Of a stretch of DNA of 41,775 nt, positions 1 through 7,483 are shown piece by piece. This stretch comes from a virus. Numbering within the stretch: position 1 is the first letter of the stretch; each line of letters opens with the position of its first letter. The notes under the pieces are model-generated. The model was given only the letters and a program-made list of their open reading frames with translations. It was not told the DNA's origin and ran no database searches. Where the stretch lies: the IMG/VR virus record IMGVR_UViG_3300002461_000190; one strand, written 5' to 3'. The translations under genes and the position numbers were made by a program.

Positions 1-94
1 CGATAGCCGCCCTGGAAAGCCCCCGGACGTCCGCCGCGACGCTGGCGCGCCACTTCGGATTCGATGGGCTGGAAAGCGACGGGAAGGTCCGCTT
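1..94. repeat. Terminal overlap, identical to 41682-41775 (circular closure or terminal redundancy)
   Basis: Direct comparison of the first and last 94 nt shows them identical. Collapsing them keeps the host-specificity ORF in frame. Confidence 0.95.
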
Positions 95-1562
95 CGTCAT
101 GCGGGGCCGCGTCCCTTCGACGACGATCACGCCGGACGATATGATCGCCTCTGACGATCCCAGAGGGGAAATGTTCGAACTGACCCGGCAACAGACGACC
201 GACCTTCCGCTTGCGCTGAAATGGGCGGTTGTGCGGTCGGATGAAGATTACGATCCGGCCATGGTCGAAGCCCGGCGGATCACGACGGACACGACCAGAA
301 CCGCCGCCGAGTCCTTCCCCGTGGCCGTCCCGCCGGTCGAGGCGGAACGCCGTTGCAAGCGCGCATTGTTCGAAGCATGGGTCGGGATCGAAAACCTGAT
401 CTTCGCCTTGCCGCCGTCCCGCATGGCCCTGGACCCGACCGACGTTATCCTTTTCGATCACGATGGGCGGCGGACGGAATTCAGGATTCAGACGACGGCG
501 GACGAAGTGTCCCGGCGCCTTGAAGGGATCAGACAGGATCGCTTCGCCTATGACCTTCCGCCGGGCAAGGCGCGTCCGTCGGGCCTTCTTCCCCCGACGA
601 CCTTCGGCCCGCCGAATGTTGCGTTCATGGACATTCCGCAACTGACCGACGCGATCCCGGCCTATCAACCCTATATCGCGGGCGACGCCGACCCATGGCC
701 GGGAAGCCTTGCGGTCGTCCGTAGCCCAGCCCTGGACGGCTTCACCCTTCAGACCTTGGTCAACCGGCGGGCGACCATGGGAACGCTTGTCGCGGACCTT
801 CCGCGCGGCGTCTTCGGCTACTTCGACCATAACGAAATGATCGTCGACGTCGGGGTCGGGGCGCTTGCCAGCGTGACCGACGTCCAGCTTTTCGGCGGCG
901 CGAACGCCTTCGCGGTCGAAGTGGCGCCGGGCCTTTGGGAAATCCTTCAGGCCGGACAGATCGAACTGATCGACGTCAAGCGATACCGCATGACGCGGCT
1001 TCTTCGGGGCCAGAAGGGGTCAGAACATCGCATGGCGTCGCCCGCGCCCGCTGGCGCCCGCGTCGTCGCCCTGGACCTGTCGGTCTATCCGCTTCCGGTC
1101 GCGGACGTCGAAGTCGGCTTGCCGTTCAACTGGCGAGTCGGCCCGGCGCCCAGGCCGATCAGTGACGACTCCTATATCGCGACCGCCTTCACGCCAGCGG
1201 GCGAGGGCTTGCGCCCGTTCGCGCCCTGTCACGTCGGGCAACCGGCGCGCGAAGGTCACACGCCGGGCGACTACCTGATCCACTGGAAACGGCGGGATCG
1301 GGCGCTATCGGCGGACTCCTGGGAGTCCGAAGAAATCGTTATGTCGGAAGCGTCGGAAGCTTACGAAGTCGATATCCTGAACGGGACGACCGTTGTCCGG
1401 ACCTTGACGACGGCGGTCCCGTCGGTCCTCTATACCGGGGCCATGCAGATCGCGGACTTCGGAAGCTTGCGGGGGCCTGGAACCCAAGTTCCGATCCGCG
1501 TCTATCAGATATCGGCGCGGCTTGGTCGCGGCGCGCCAAAAAATGAGGTTCTGACCTTCTAA
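1..1562 (+). CDS. Host-specificity / tail-tip protein (RcGTA g15-like), C-terminal part of the gene that starts at 38942 and crosses the junction
   Basis: The frame is continuous through the overlap (..YAIAALESPRTSAATLARHFGFDGLESDGKVRFVMRGRV..). The ORF-track entry 99..1562 is the same frame. Stop TAA is at 1560-1562. Confidence 0.85.
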   Translation, partial: IAALESPRTSAATLARHFGFDGLESDGKVRFVMRGRVPSTTITPDDMIASDDPRGEMFELTRQQTTDLPLALKWAVVRSDEDYDPAMVEARRITTDTTRTAAESFPVAVPPVEAERRCKRALFEAWVGIENLIFALPPSRMALDPTDVILFDHDGRRTEFRIQTTADEVSRRLEGIRQDRFAYDLPPGKARPSGLLPPTTFGPPNVAFMDIPQLTDAIPAYQPYIAGDADPWPGSLAVVRSPALDGFTLQTLVNRRATMGTLVADLPRGVFGYFDHNEMIVDVGVGALASVTDVQLFGGANAFAVEVAPGLWEILQAGQIELIDVKRYRMTRLLRGQKGSEHRMASPAPAGARVVALDLSVYPLPVADVEVGLPFNWRVGPAPRPISDDSYIATAFTPAGEGLRPFAPCHVGQPAREGHTPGDYLIHWKRRDRALSADSWESEEIVMSEASEAYEVDILNGTTVVRTLTTAVPSVLYTGAMQIADFGSLRGPGTQVPIRVYQISARLGRGAPKNEVLTF

Positions 1563-2527
1563 TGGAAACGGTCCTGAATTTGTTCATGGCGCGACACTTA
1601 AGTCAGCGACAAGCCGAACGGGCTATGGAATTCATTCTGGCCCCGGAAGAATTTCAATTTAGGGCATGGGAGGAAGCTTTTCTGCGGGCGATCCTCATTG
1701 ACGGCATGAAGCTGGAAAAGGCTGAGCGCAAGTTCAAGTTGCCGCACAGATCGGCTAAAGCATTCATGGCGCGACTTCTGGAAATGGCCAAGGAAGAAGT
1801 TCGCCCCTGTGCCCCAATCCCGGAAGATTCGGAAGGCATCGGCGAGGATTACGCCGATCTTTTGCGGCGTGACGCCCGGAATGACGTCCAGACCTTAGTC
1901 TATCAGCTTTCGCTTGGCCCGCTTCAGGCGAAGTTTCTTGTGATCCTAGAAGCAGCGGAAGGGCGGATGGTTCACAAGGATAGGATGATGCTGGCACTTT
2001 ATGGCGACCGGAACCATGATGACACGCCGTCAACCCGGATCATCGATTCCGTTGTCTGTGCGACACGGAAGAAGATTGCCGGAACCGGCTTGCGGATCGA
2101 GAGACGCGACGGCGGCTTCGTGCTAATCGGCAAACTGGACAACGCCCGCCCGCACCTGTCGTCCTGTCCGCCGCCGCGCGAATCTGTTGGCCTTGGAGGC
2201 GATCCTGCCCGGCTGGCGCATGTATGTGGCCTTGATCCGGTTCAAATCCTGACCTTGGCGGCAGAATTCCGGCTGGCCCCGTTCGAAGCCCGCGTTCTGG
2301 CGATTCTGAAGAATGCAATCGTGACCCCAACGCCGTTGAACTATGTCCTTGCCGCCCTTGATTACAAGCGGCGCGGCGAAATTGTGTCCAGAGTTGGCCT
2401 TTCGGTCTGTCTTTGTAAGCTTCGCAAGAAACTAAAGCCGTTCGGCGTGGGTATTAGAAGCGTTGGCGGAAGCAATCATGCGGATGGTGCAATCGTGCTG
2501 AAATGGCCGGACGAAGCTTGGGAATGA
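1562..2527 (+). CDS. Receiver-less DNA-binding protein with two tandem OmpR/PhoB-type winged-helix (Trans_reg_C-like) modules and an N-terminal HTH-like segment
   Basis: Two segments fit the OmpR C-terminal pattern: LSLGPLQAKFLVILEAAEGRMVHKDRMMLALYGD..TRIIDSVVCATRKKIAGTGLRIERRDGGFVL and FRLAPFEARVLAILKN..VSRVGLSVCLCKLRKKLKPFGVGIRSVGG. The ATG overlaps the g15 stop (TAATG). The region is about 47-50% GC by hand count on two 60-nt lines. Confidence 0.6.
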   Translation: METVLNLFMARHLSQRQAERAMEFILAPEEFQFRAWEEAFLRAILIDGMKLEKAERKFKLPHRSAKAFMARLLEMAKEEVRPCAPIPEDSEGIGEDYADLLRRDARNDVQTLVYQLSLGPLQAKFLVILEAAEGRMVHKDRMMLALYGDRNHDDTPSTRIIDSVVCATRKKIAGTGLRIERRDGGFVLIGKLDNARPHLSSCPPPRESVGLGGDPARLAHVCGLDPVQILTLAAEFRLAPFEARVLAILKNAIVTPTPLNYVLAALDYKRRGEIVSRVGLSVCLCKLRKKLKPFGVGIRSVGGSNHADGAIVLKWPDEAWE

Positions 2528-2569
2528 GTTTGGCGCGCCTTAGTTGACTGTGGTAGCATGGACAACACA

Positions 2570-2597
2570 TTGGATAGGGTCGCCCACCAGATATAGG
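2570..2597 (+). promoter_or_regulatory. Possible sigma70-type promoter for the lysis cassette (TTGGAT-N16-TATAGG)
   Basis: Hexamers read directly in the intergenic gap between 2527 and 2687. They are a weak match only. Confidence 0.25.
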
Positions 2598-2686
2598 GGA
2601 AGACGCCATGATCGCCCTTGCATTCTGTCCCCACCTATGGTTGAAAGAGGGGGCAACCGCGAACCGCCTAAAGAGGGGAATCCGGC

Positions 2687-3046
2687 GTGGCCGATCCGAA
2701 CCCGCCGCCCGATCTGGTCGGATGGCTTTTCACCCCGGAAGGCAAGGCGGCAATCGCTGGCGCGGCTGGCGGAATTGTCCGATGGGTCACGCTTCGGGAA
2801 CATTGGCGGGACGGGCTTCTTTCGCTTCTGGTCGGCGCGATTTGCGCGATCTACCTGGGACCGCTGGTCGCCCCGTTGCTGGAACCGACAATCGGGAAGA
2901 TCGCCCCGGACTCGGACGGCGCGGGCTTTTCGTCGTTCGTCGTCGGCTTGGCCGGGATCAGCCTTTCGGGCTTCCTGATCGACTTGATCCGCGCCCGTCG
3001 GGCCGGGACCAAGGGGCGCCGCAATGAACCGCGCGATCCTGAATAA
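2687..3046 (+). CDS. Holin candidate
   Basis: GTG start with SD AGAGGGGA 7 nt upstream. Hydrophobic segments LLSLLVGAICAIYLGPLVAPLL and FSSFVVGLAGISLSGFLIDLI, with a basic C-terminal tail RARRAGTKGRRNEPRDPE. It lies immediately upstream of the endolysin. Confidence 0.6.
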   Translation: MADPNPPPDLVGWLFTPEGKAAIAGAAGGIVRWVTLREHWRDGLLSLLVGAICAIYLGPLVAPLLEPTIGKIAPDSDGAGFSSFVVGLAGISLSGFLIDLIRARRAGTKGRRNEPRDPE

Positions 3047-3134
3047 GATGATCCGGCGCGAAGCCCTTTACTGGACTATTGGCCTTTTTGGCGGGATCAT
3101 GTATCTTGCCGCGACGTCCATTCTGGGAAGCTGA
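3024..3134 (+). CDS. 36-aa single-TM peptide overlapping the holin 3' end (holin partner or antiholin candidate)
   Basis: Hand translation gives MNRAILNKMIRREALYWTIGLFGGIMYLAATSILGS followed by a stop. It is below the ORF-track size cutoff. Confidence 0.3.
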   Translation: MNRAILNKMIRREALYWTIGLFGGIMYLAATSILGS

Positions 3135-3149
3135 AAAGGGGCTTAGGCC

Positions 3150-3779
3150 ATGACCTACACCGTCCGCGATCAACAGGCCCGTTGCGCCGCCCTGGGCTTC
3201 TGGCCCGGCCCTATCGACGGGAAGCTGGGCAAGCGGACCAGCGCCGCGATTGAGGCGGCGACCGAGTTCCAGCGCGAACGCGGCAAGCCCCTGTTTCATC
3301 CGTCCGGCCTTCACCGCGTCCACTGGCACTGGACTGTCGGTTGGCACAAGCCGAACCCGGCGGACCGGAAGCACTATCACGCCATTTTCACGGGCGCGGG
3401 CGAAGAAGTCCTTCTTCACGATTGGGACAAGCTTCTGGCCCATACGCTGAAGGCGAATACCGGCGCGATCGGGCTTTCGCTTTGCGGCATGGTCGGGGCC
3501 AATGAACGGCCCTTCGACCATGGCCCGGAACCGATCACCGAAGCCGCGCTGGCGGCGCTGGCGGTCCGGACGGCGAAGCTTTGCGTCCAGTTCGATATCC
3601 CGGTTTCGCGCTGGTCGACCCTGAGTCATTCGGAAATTCAGCCGTCGCTTGCGATCCCGCAGCGCCAGAAGTGGGATATCAACTGGTTCCCCGGCCTGGA
3701 CAAGCCGACGGACCCGATCACCGCCGGGGACCATATCCGCGCCATGGTTCGCAAGGAACTGGTTCGGTTGGCACAATGA
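3150..3779 (+). CDS. Endolysin: peptidoglycan-binding domain plus N-acetylmuramoyl-L-alanine amidase (PGRP/Amidase_2-like)
   Basis: The N-terminal LGFWPGPIDGKLGKRTSAAIEAATEFQRERG fits the PG_binding_1 pattern. The rest (HRVHWHWTVG..HYHAIF..AHTLKANTGAIGLSLCG..LSHSEI) is amidase-like. Confidence 0.7.
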   Translation: MTYTVRDQQARCAALGFWPGPIDGKLGKRTSAAIEAATEFQRERGKPLFHPSGLHRVHWHWTVGWHKPNPADRKHYHAIFTGAGEEVLLHDWDKLLAHTLKANTGAIGLSLCGMVGANERPFDHGPEPITEAALAALAVRTAKLCVQFDIPVSRWSTLSHSEIQPSLAIPQRQKWDINWFPGLDKPTDPITAGDHIRAMVRKELVRLAQ

Positions 3780-3979
3780 CCGACCGGGCGGACCTGGAAC
3801 GGCCCGGATCGGGCGTCTATGCAAGCGGGGGCGTCCTTCGCCCGCGTGTCGTTTTCCATGTGACCGGCGGACCCGCGACGGAAGATCGTCCGCGTCCGCT
3901 GATCCATACCGTCGACGGCCCCGGCGCAAGCCGGAACATGATGATTCAAGCAACCATGAAAAGGGGAAGTGAAGAATGA
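3776..3979 (+). CDS. Hypothetical protein in the lysis cassette
   Basis: ATGA overlaps at both junctions (3776-3779 and 3976-3979). I recognised no family. Confidence 0.35.
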   Translation: MTDRADLERPGSGVYASGGVLRPRVVFHVTGGPATEDRPRPLIHTVDGPGASRNMMIQATMKRGSEE

Positions 3980-4245
3980 AGCTTACGCTGAACGGGTTTC
4001 ACAATATCGCAAACGTCCTGATCGCGCTTTCGGCGGGGATCACCGCCCTTCTGATCGCGACCGGATGCGAACCGCTTGCGACCGGGGCGCTGGATTGCGC
4101 GAAGTCGTGGCTTGATCCGAAATGGACCGCCGCCTTTGCTTCTGGGCTGGCAGTTGTGAAGTCGGTCGCGAACGTCGTCCGCGACGGCTTCGGCGGTCTT
4201 TTCAAGGTTCAGCCGCCGGTCGTCCAGCCCCCGGCCCCGAAGTGA
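3976..4245 (+). CDS. Small membrane protein in the lysis cassette
   Basis: N-terminal TM segment IANVLIALSAGITALLIATG. It is translationally coupled on both sides. Confidence 0.5.
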   Translation: MKLTLNGFHNIANVLIALSAGITALLIATGCEPLATGALDCAKSWLDPKWTAAFASGLAVVKSVANVVRDGFGGLFKVQPPVVQPPAPK

Positions 4246-4502
4246 ACGGCTGGCCCGTTTACGCCCTGGTTTTCCTGACCATCGCCGCGCTTGTCGTGGC
4301 GCTGGGCAGGGCCAGCCGGGGCAAGGGCGCGGCACAGGCGGAAACCAAGGCCCAGGAGCGCCAGAACGACGCGCTTCGGGCCGATCAGGGGGAAGCGAAT
4401 GAGATTGAGCGCAAAGCCGATCTGGCCCGCCGTGGCGGGGTTTCTGCTATTGACGTCCTGCGAAAAGCCGGTCGCCTTGGAAAGCGCCCCGGCGCGGACT
4501 GA
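4242..4502 (+). CDS. i-spanin candidate (Rz-like)
   Basis: GTG start overlaps the upstream stop (GTGA). It has an N-terminal TM segment WPVYALVFLTIAALVVALG followed by a charged helical region. The o-spanin candidate overlaps its 3' part. Confidence 0.55.
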   Translation: MNGWPVYALVFLTIAALVVALGRASRGKGAAQAETKAQERQNDALRADQGEANEIERKADLARRGGVSAIDVLRKAGRLGKRPGAD

Positions 4503-4653
4503 GTCCTTCAAGACAGGTTGCCGCGAACTGGCCCGCGACTTCCCGGAATGGTATGAAGACGACCCGCCGGAACGCCTGGAACAAGGCGCGCGGTTCGTCC
4601 TGGTCTTCGAAGCGGTCTGTCCTGGATCGCTGGCCCAGAGCGGGCCGCAATAG
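4399..4653 (+). CDS. o-spanin candidate (Rz1-like lipoprotein)
   Basis: MRLSAKPIWPAVAGFLLLTSC has a signal peptide and an L-T-S-C lipobox. SD GGGGGAAG lies upstream. The gene starts inside the i-spanin in another frame. Confidence 0.6.
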   Translation: MRLSAKPIWPAVAGFLLLTSCEKPVALESAPARTESFKTGCRELARDFPEWYEDDPPERLEQGARFVLVFEAVCPGSLAQSGPQ

Positions 4654-4662
4654 ACAGGATCG

Positions 4663-4691
4663 GCCCGGCGCTGGGCAAGCTGGCGCCGGGC
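4663..4691 (+). terminator. Perfect 9-bp stem hairpin after the spanins (GCCCGGCGC..GCGCCGGGC), with no T-tract
   Basis: Read directly from the sequence. The lack of a U-tract makes terminator function uncertain. Confidence 0.3.
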
Positions 4692-4740
4692 ATAACCAAG
4701 CGGCGCCGCTGGCCCGCAACATCAGGAAGGAACGGAACCC

Positions 4741-4929
4741 ATGGCAAAGAAACCGAAGACGGTCTTCAAGGTCTTTGACGGCGCCGGAAACGTCGTCGGC
4801 GAGGCTGACAACGCGAACGACGCGGACGCCGTTGTCGAAGATCACCGCGCCGCCGGACGCGGGCCGTCCTACGTCCGGGAAGTCCCGGTCGAAGAACCCG
4901 AAGCGCCCGTCGAAGGCGCGGGGCAATAA
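4741..4929 (+). CDS. Hypothetical small protein
   Basis: SD GGAAGGA upstream of the ATG. The composition is protein-like. Confidence 0.5.
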   Translation: MAKKPKTVFKVFDGAGNVVGEADNANDADAVVEDHRAAGRGPSYVREVPVEEPEAPVEGAGQ

Positions 4930-4960
4930 GCCCAGAAGGGCAGGGGATGGGGGCAGGATC

Positions 4961-4999
4961 GGGGCGCGAGGGGAAACCTTCGCGCCCCGAAACTATTTT
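4961..4999 (+). terminator. Rho-independent terminator candidate
   Basis: GGGGCGCGA..TCGCGCCCC stem followed by GAAACTATTTTG. Confidence 0.5.
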
Positions 5000-5007
5000 G
5001 CGGCGAC

Positions 5008-5044
5008 CCCCTTGCAAGCAAGCATAAGCAAGCATAGGTTAGGG
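5008..5044 (+). promoter_or_regulatory. 37-bp promoter-like element, copy A (TTGCAA-N17-TAGGTT, containing a tandem AGCAAGCATA decamer)
   Basis: CCCCTTGCAAGCAAGCATAAGCAAGCATAGGTTAGGG is identical to 6036-6072. An ATG lies 6 nt after the putative -10. Confidence 0.55.
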
Positions 5045-5046
5045 AT

Positions 5047-5223
5047 ATGAAAGCCAAGATGGGAGTCGACCAGATGAAAGACCCGGACAACCTTCCAGCC
5101 GATCTGGCCCGGCGCATTCGCGAAGATCACGCCGCATATTTTGCGGCGGAACGGGCGCGCGACGCCGAACGCCTGCAAGAGTATCAGGCCGATTGCCTTG
5201 CATCATGGGAAGGCCGGAAATGA
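5047..5223 (+). CDS. Hypothetical 58-aa protein, first gene of accessory cassette A
   Basis: Hand translation gives MKAKMGVDQMKDPDNLPADLARRIREDHAAYFAAERARDAERLQEYQADCLASWEGRK. The stop overlaps the next ATG (ATGA). Confidence 0.45.
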   Translation: MKAKMGVDQMKDPDNLPADLARRIREDHAAYFAAERARDAERLQEYQADCLASWEGRK

Positions 5224-5393
5224 CCGCGTTCGATCTGTTTCAACGGGCTACCTGTCAGATCGCCGAAGGCGCCCGCGCCGCCGCGATCAAGTCGCTGGAC
5301 AAGGCGATCCAGAAGATCGACGCAAACGGGGTCGACGCGGAATTGCGCCCCGATCTGGTCGACTTGCGCGATAGCCTGAAGGTGACGGCGTGA
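5220..5393 (+). CDS. Hypothetical 57-aa protein
   Basis: The internal ATG (MTAFDLFQ..) of ORF 5193..5393 overlaps the upstream stop. Confidence 0.45.
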   Translation: MTAFDLFQRATCQIAEGARAAAIKSLDKAIQKIDANGVDAELRPDLVDLRDSLKVTA

Positions 5394-6022
5394 TCGCCGC
5401 CCTTTTCGTCGACGACGGCGGAAGCTATTTTGGACTTTCCGGCGTTGACCCGTGGCCGGAAGCCCGCGACGCCCGCCGCTACGCTGGGCCGTGGCCCGCC
5501 GTGGCGCACCCCCCTTGCCAGCGATGGGGCAAGCTTTGGGCTGGTCAGCCGCTTTACATAAAGCAGACCGGAATCCGGAAGGTGAAGGGCGACGACGACG
5601 GTTGCTTCGCCGCCGGTCATGCCGCGATCAAGAAATGGGGCGGCATTCTGGAACACCCATGGGGGAGTCACGCTTGGGCGCACTTCGGGCTGAACAAGCC
5701 GCCCCGCGCTGGCGGATGGATCAACGCCGACTTCGAAGGCGGCTGGACCTGTTGCGTCGAACAAGGCCGATATGGTCATTACGCGCGCAAACCGACGCTT
5801 CTTCTGGCGTATCATTGCGACCTTCCGGAACTGGATTGGGGGATCAGCGAGGCGCGCCTTGATCCGGCTATCGTCGAACGCTTGGGGCTGGAAAGAGCGA
5901 AGCGCCGGGGCGAGGTCGCCGCTAAGGGCGGCGGAACCGATAGCGCGCCCAGGATCGGGACGCCGGTCCCGTTTCGCGATCTTCTGATCGGGATCGCAAG
6001 GACCGCAAAGCCGCCGCGCTGA
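5390..6022 (+). CDS. Protein of unknown function with C5-cytosine-methyltransferase-like motifs
   Basis: ALFVDDGGSY (motif I-like), VAHPPCQRWG (PCQ motif IV-like) and GILEHPWGS (ENV motif VI-like position). GTGA overlap with the upstream gene. Confidence 0.45.
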   Translation: MIAALFVDDGGSYFGLSGVDPWPEARDARRYAGPWPAVAHPPCQRWGKLWAGQPLYIKQTGIRKVKGDDDGCFAAGHAAIKKWGGILEHPWGSHAWAHFGLNKPPRAGGWINADFEGGWTCCVEQGRYGHYARKPTLLLAYHCDLPELDWGISEARLDPAIVERLGLERAKRRGEVAAKGGGTDSAPRIGTPVPFRDLLIGIARTAKPPR

Positions 6023-6035
6023 TTTTCTTCGCTTG

Positions 6036-6072
6036 CCCCTTGCAAGCAAGCATAAGCAAGCATAGGTTAGGG
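6036..6072 (+). promoter_or_regulatory. 37-bp promoter-like element, copy B
   Basis: Exact copy of 5008-5044. It is followed by AGGGGAACAAGG and an ATG at 6081. Confidence 0.55.
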
Positions 6073-6080
6073 GAACAAGG

Positions 6081-6536
6081 ATGAAAGGAACCCACACCAT
6101 GAACCGCCCTTACGGATACCATGTTTTGCAGCGCCTTCAGGAAGCCCGCGACGCGATCCGGTCGCCCGCCGGTCATTCGCCAGCCCTGATCGCCGATCAC
6201 CTTCGGACTATGGACTTGCACGGGACGGACGCCGACCAGCTTCGGGCGAACGACTTCCGCCGCGATCATGGGCTTCCGGATCAGTTCAGCATGATCCCCA
6301 AGCCCGGCCCGGTCATTGCCGCCCCGAAGTGGACGTCGGAAGGCCCTTTCAGCGCGGCGGACAGGTTCCCGAAGCTTCGGCCCCCGGCAAGCCCTAAGCC
6401 GCGCGCTGGCGGCGTTCTGGCGCGCCTTCTGGCCCGCGTCGGGCTGATCCATACCGGCGGCACCAGCGCGCGTTCTGGGCTTCGCCGTGGCGAGGTCGCG
6501 GCGATCCTGAAATCCGAAACCGAAGGGAACGAATGA
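6081..6536 (+). CDS. Hypothetical protein, first gene of accessory cassette B
   Basis: ORF directly downstream of promoter copy B. An alternative ATG is at 6099. Confidence 0.5.
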   Translation: MKGTHTMNRPYGYHVLQRLQEARDAIRSPAGHSPALIADHLRTMDLHGTDADQLRANDFRRDHGLPDQFSMIPKPGPVIAAPKWTSEGPFSAADRFPKLRPPASPKPRAGGVLARLLARVGLIHTGGTSARSGLRRGEVAAILKSETEGNE

Positions 6537-6787
6537 TCATGCCCCATATCAGCAAACGCGACTTGGCCCGCCTTCGCGAAATTGCCCGAACCGCTACCAT
6601 GGAAACGGCGGGCTTTTGCTTCCCCGCTGAAAAGATCACGGCGCCGCGTGATACGTTCGGCCCCATGGAAGAAATGACCATCGACGAACTGATCAAGGTC
6701 CGGACCAAGATTTGGCGGGATACTTGGATCGTCGACCCCCTTACGTCGATCATAAACAAGATCGAAGGGTTCGGGGGTCAGGAATGA
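6533..6787 (+). CDS. Hypothetical protein
   Basis: Start overlaps the upstream stop. The composition is protein-like. Confidence 0.5.
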   Translation: MIMPHISKRDLARLREIARTATMETAGFCFPAEKITAPRDTFGPMEEMTIDELIKVRTKIWRDTWIVDPLTSIINKIEGFGGQE

Positions 6788-7173
6788 GCCGCCGAATCCG
6801 CTTTGGCGCGGTCCTGAAGCCGGTCGCCGACTTCGAAGTCGCCCCGCACCGTTACCGCTGGGACGCCGTGACGCCGGACGATCTGGCGATCACGCCGAAA
6901 GAGGTCCGGGAAGCCGCGCCCTACAAGGTCGGGGAAGTCGTGTATGAGGCGCACGGCGAAGGGTTCCGGCGGGCCTATGTCCATGCGGTTCAGATCAAGA
7001 TGGGCTTCGACGGCTTCTGGCGGGAACAATACGCCGTCTTTCCGGAAACCAAGGCCGGACGCTGGTCGAAGCTTTATCACATCACCCACCCCGGCCCTAT
7101 CCAGCGCGGATATCAGCGGGCCGGGCTGGCGCCAGAAATGCCGGTCGAAGGGGGGAAGACCAATGCGTCTTGA
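6784..7173 (+). CDS. Hypothetical protein
   Basis: The internal ATG (MSRRIRFGAV..) of ORF 6712..7173 overlaps the upstream stop (ATGA). Confidence 0.5.
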   Translation: MSRRIRFGAVLKPVADFEVAPHRYRWDAVTPDDLAITPKEVREAAPYKVGEVVYEAHGEGFRRAYVHAVQIKMGFDGFWREQYAVFPETKAGRWSKLYHITHPGPIQRGYQRAGLAPEMPVEGGKTNAS

Positions 7174-7483
7174 AGTCGAAGACCTTTCACCAGATCGCCT
7201 TCGGCGCCGGTTGTGGACCTTCAGTCTGGGAAGCGGGTTCCTGATCCTGGTCCGGTTCGCCAATGAGGATCGCCCGACGCCGCGTCACAAGTTCCGGCCC
7301 GTGGCAAAGTGGGAGTCGAGCGACGAACGGGCCTATAACTCGCAACTGAAGCGCCCGGAGTCGATCCCGGCTTGGGTCGTCGACGAAGCACTGAAGAAGC
7401 TTCCGCCGCCGGTCGTAACGGTTGGCTGGGGATTACCGCAGGCGAAGGCGACGATCACCCCGGAACCGAAGGGCTATCCGTAG
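7163..7483 (+). CDS. Hypothetical protein
   Basis: The internal ATG (MRLEVEDLSP..) of ORF 6944..7483. Its 3' end overlaps the convergent gene 7455..7757. Confidence 0.45.
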   Translation: MRLEVEDLSPDRLRRRLWTFSLGSGFLILVRFANEDRPTPRHKFRPVAKWESSDERAYNSQLKRPESIPAWVVDEALKKLPPPVVTVGWGLPQAKATITPEPKGYP

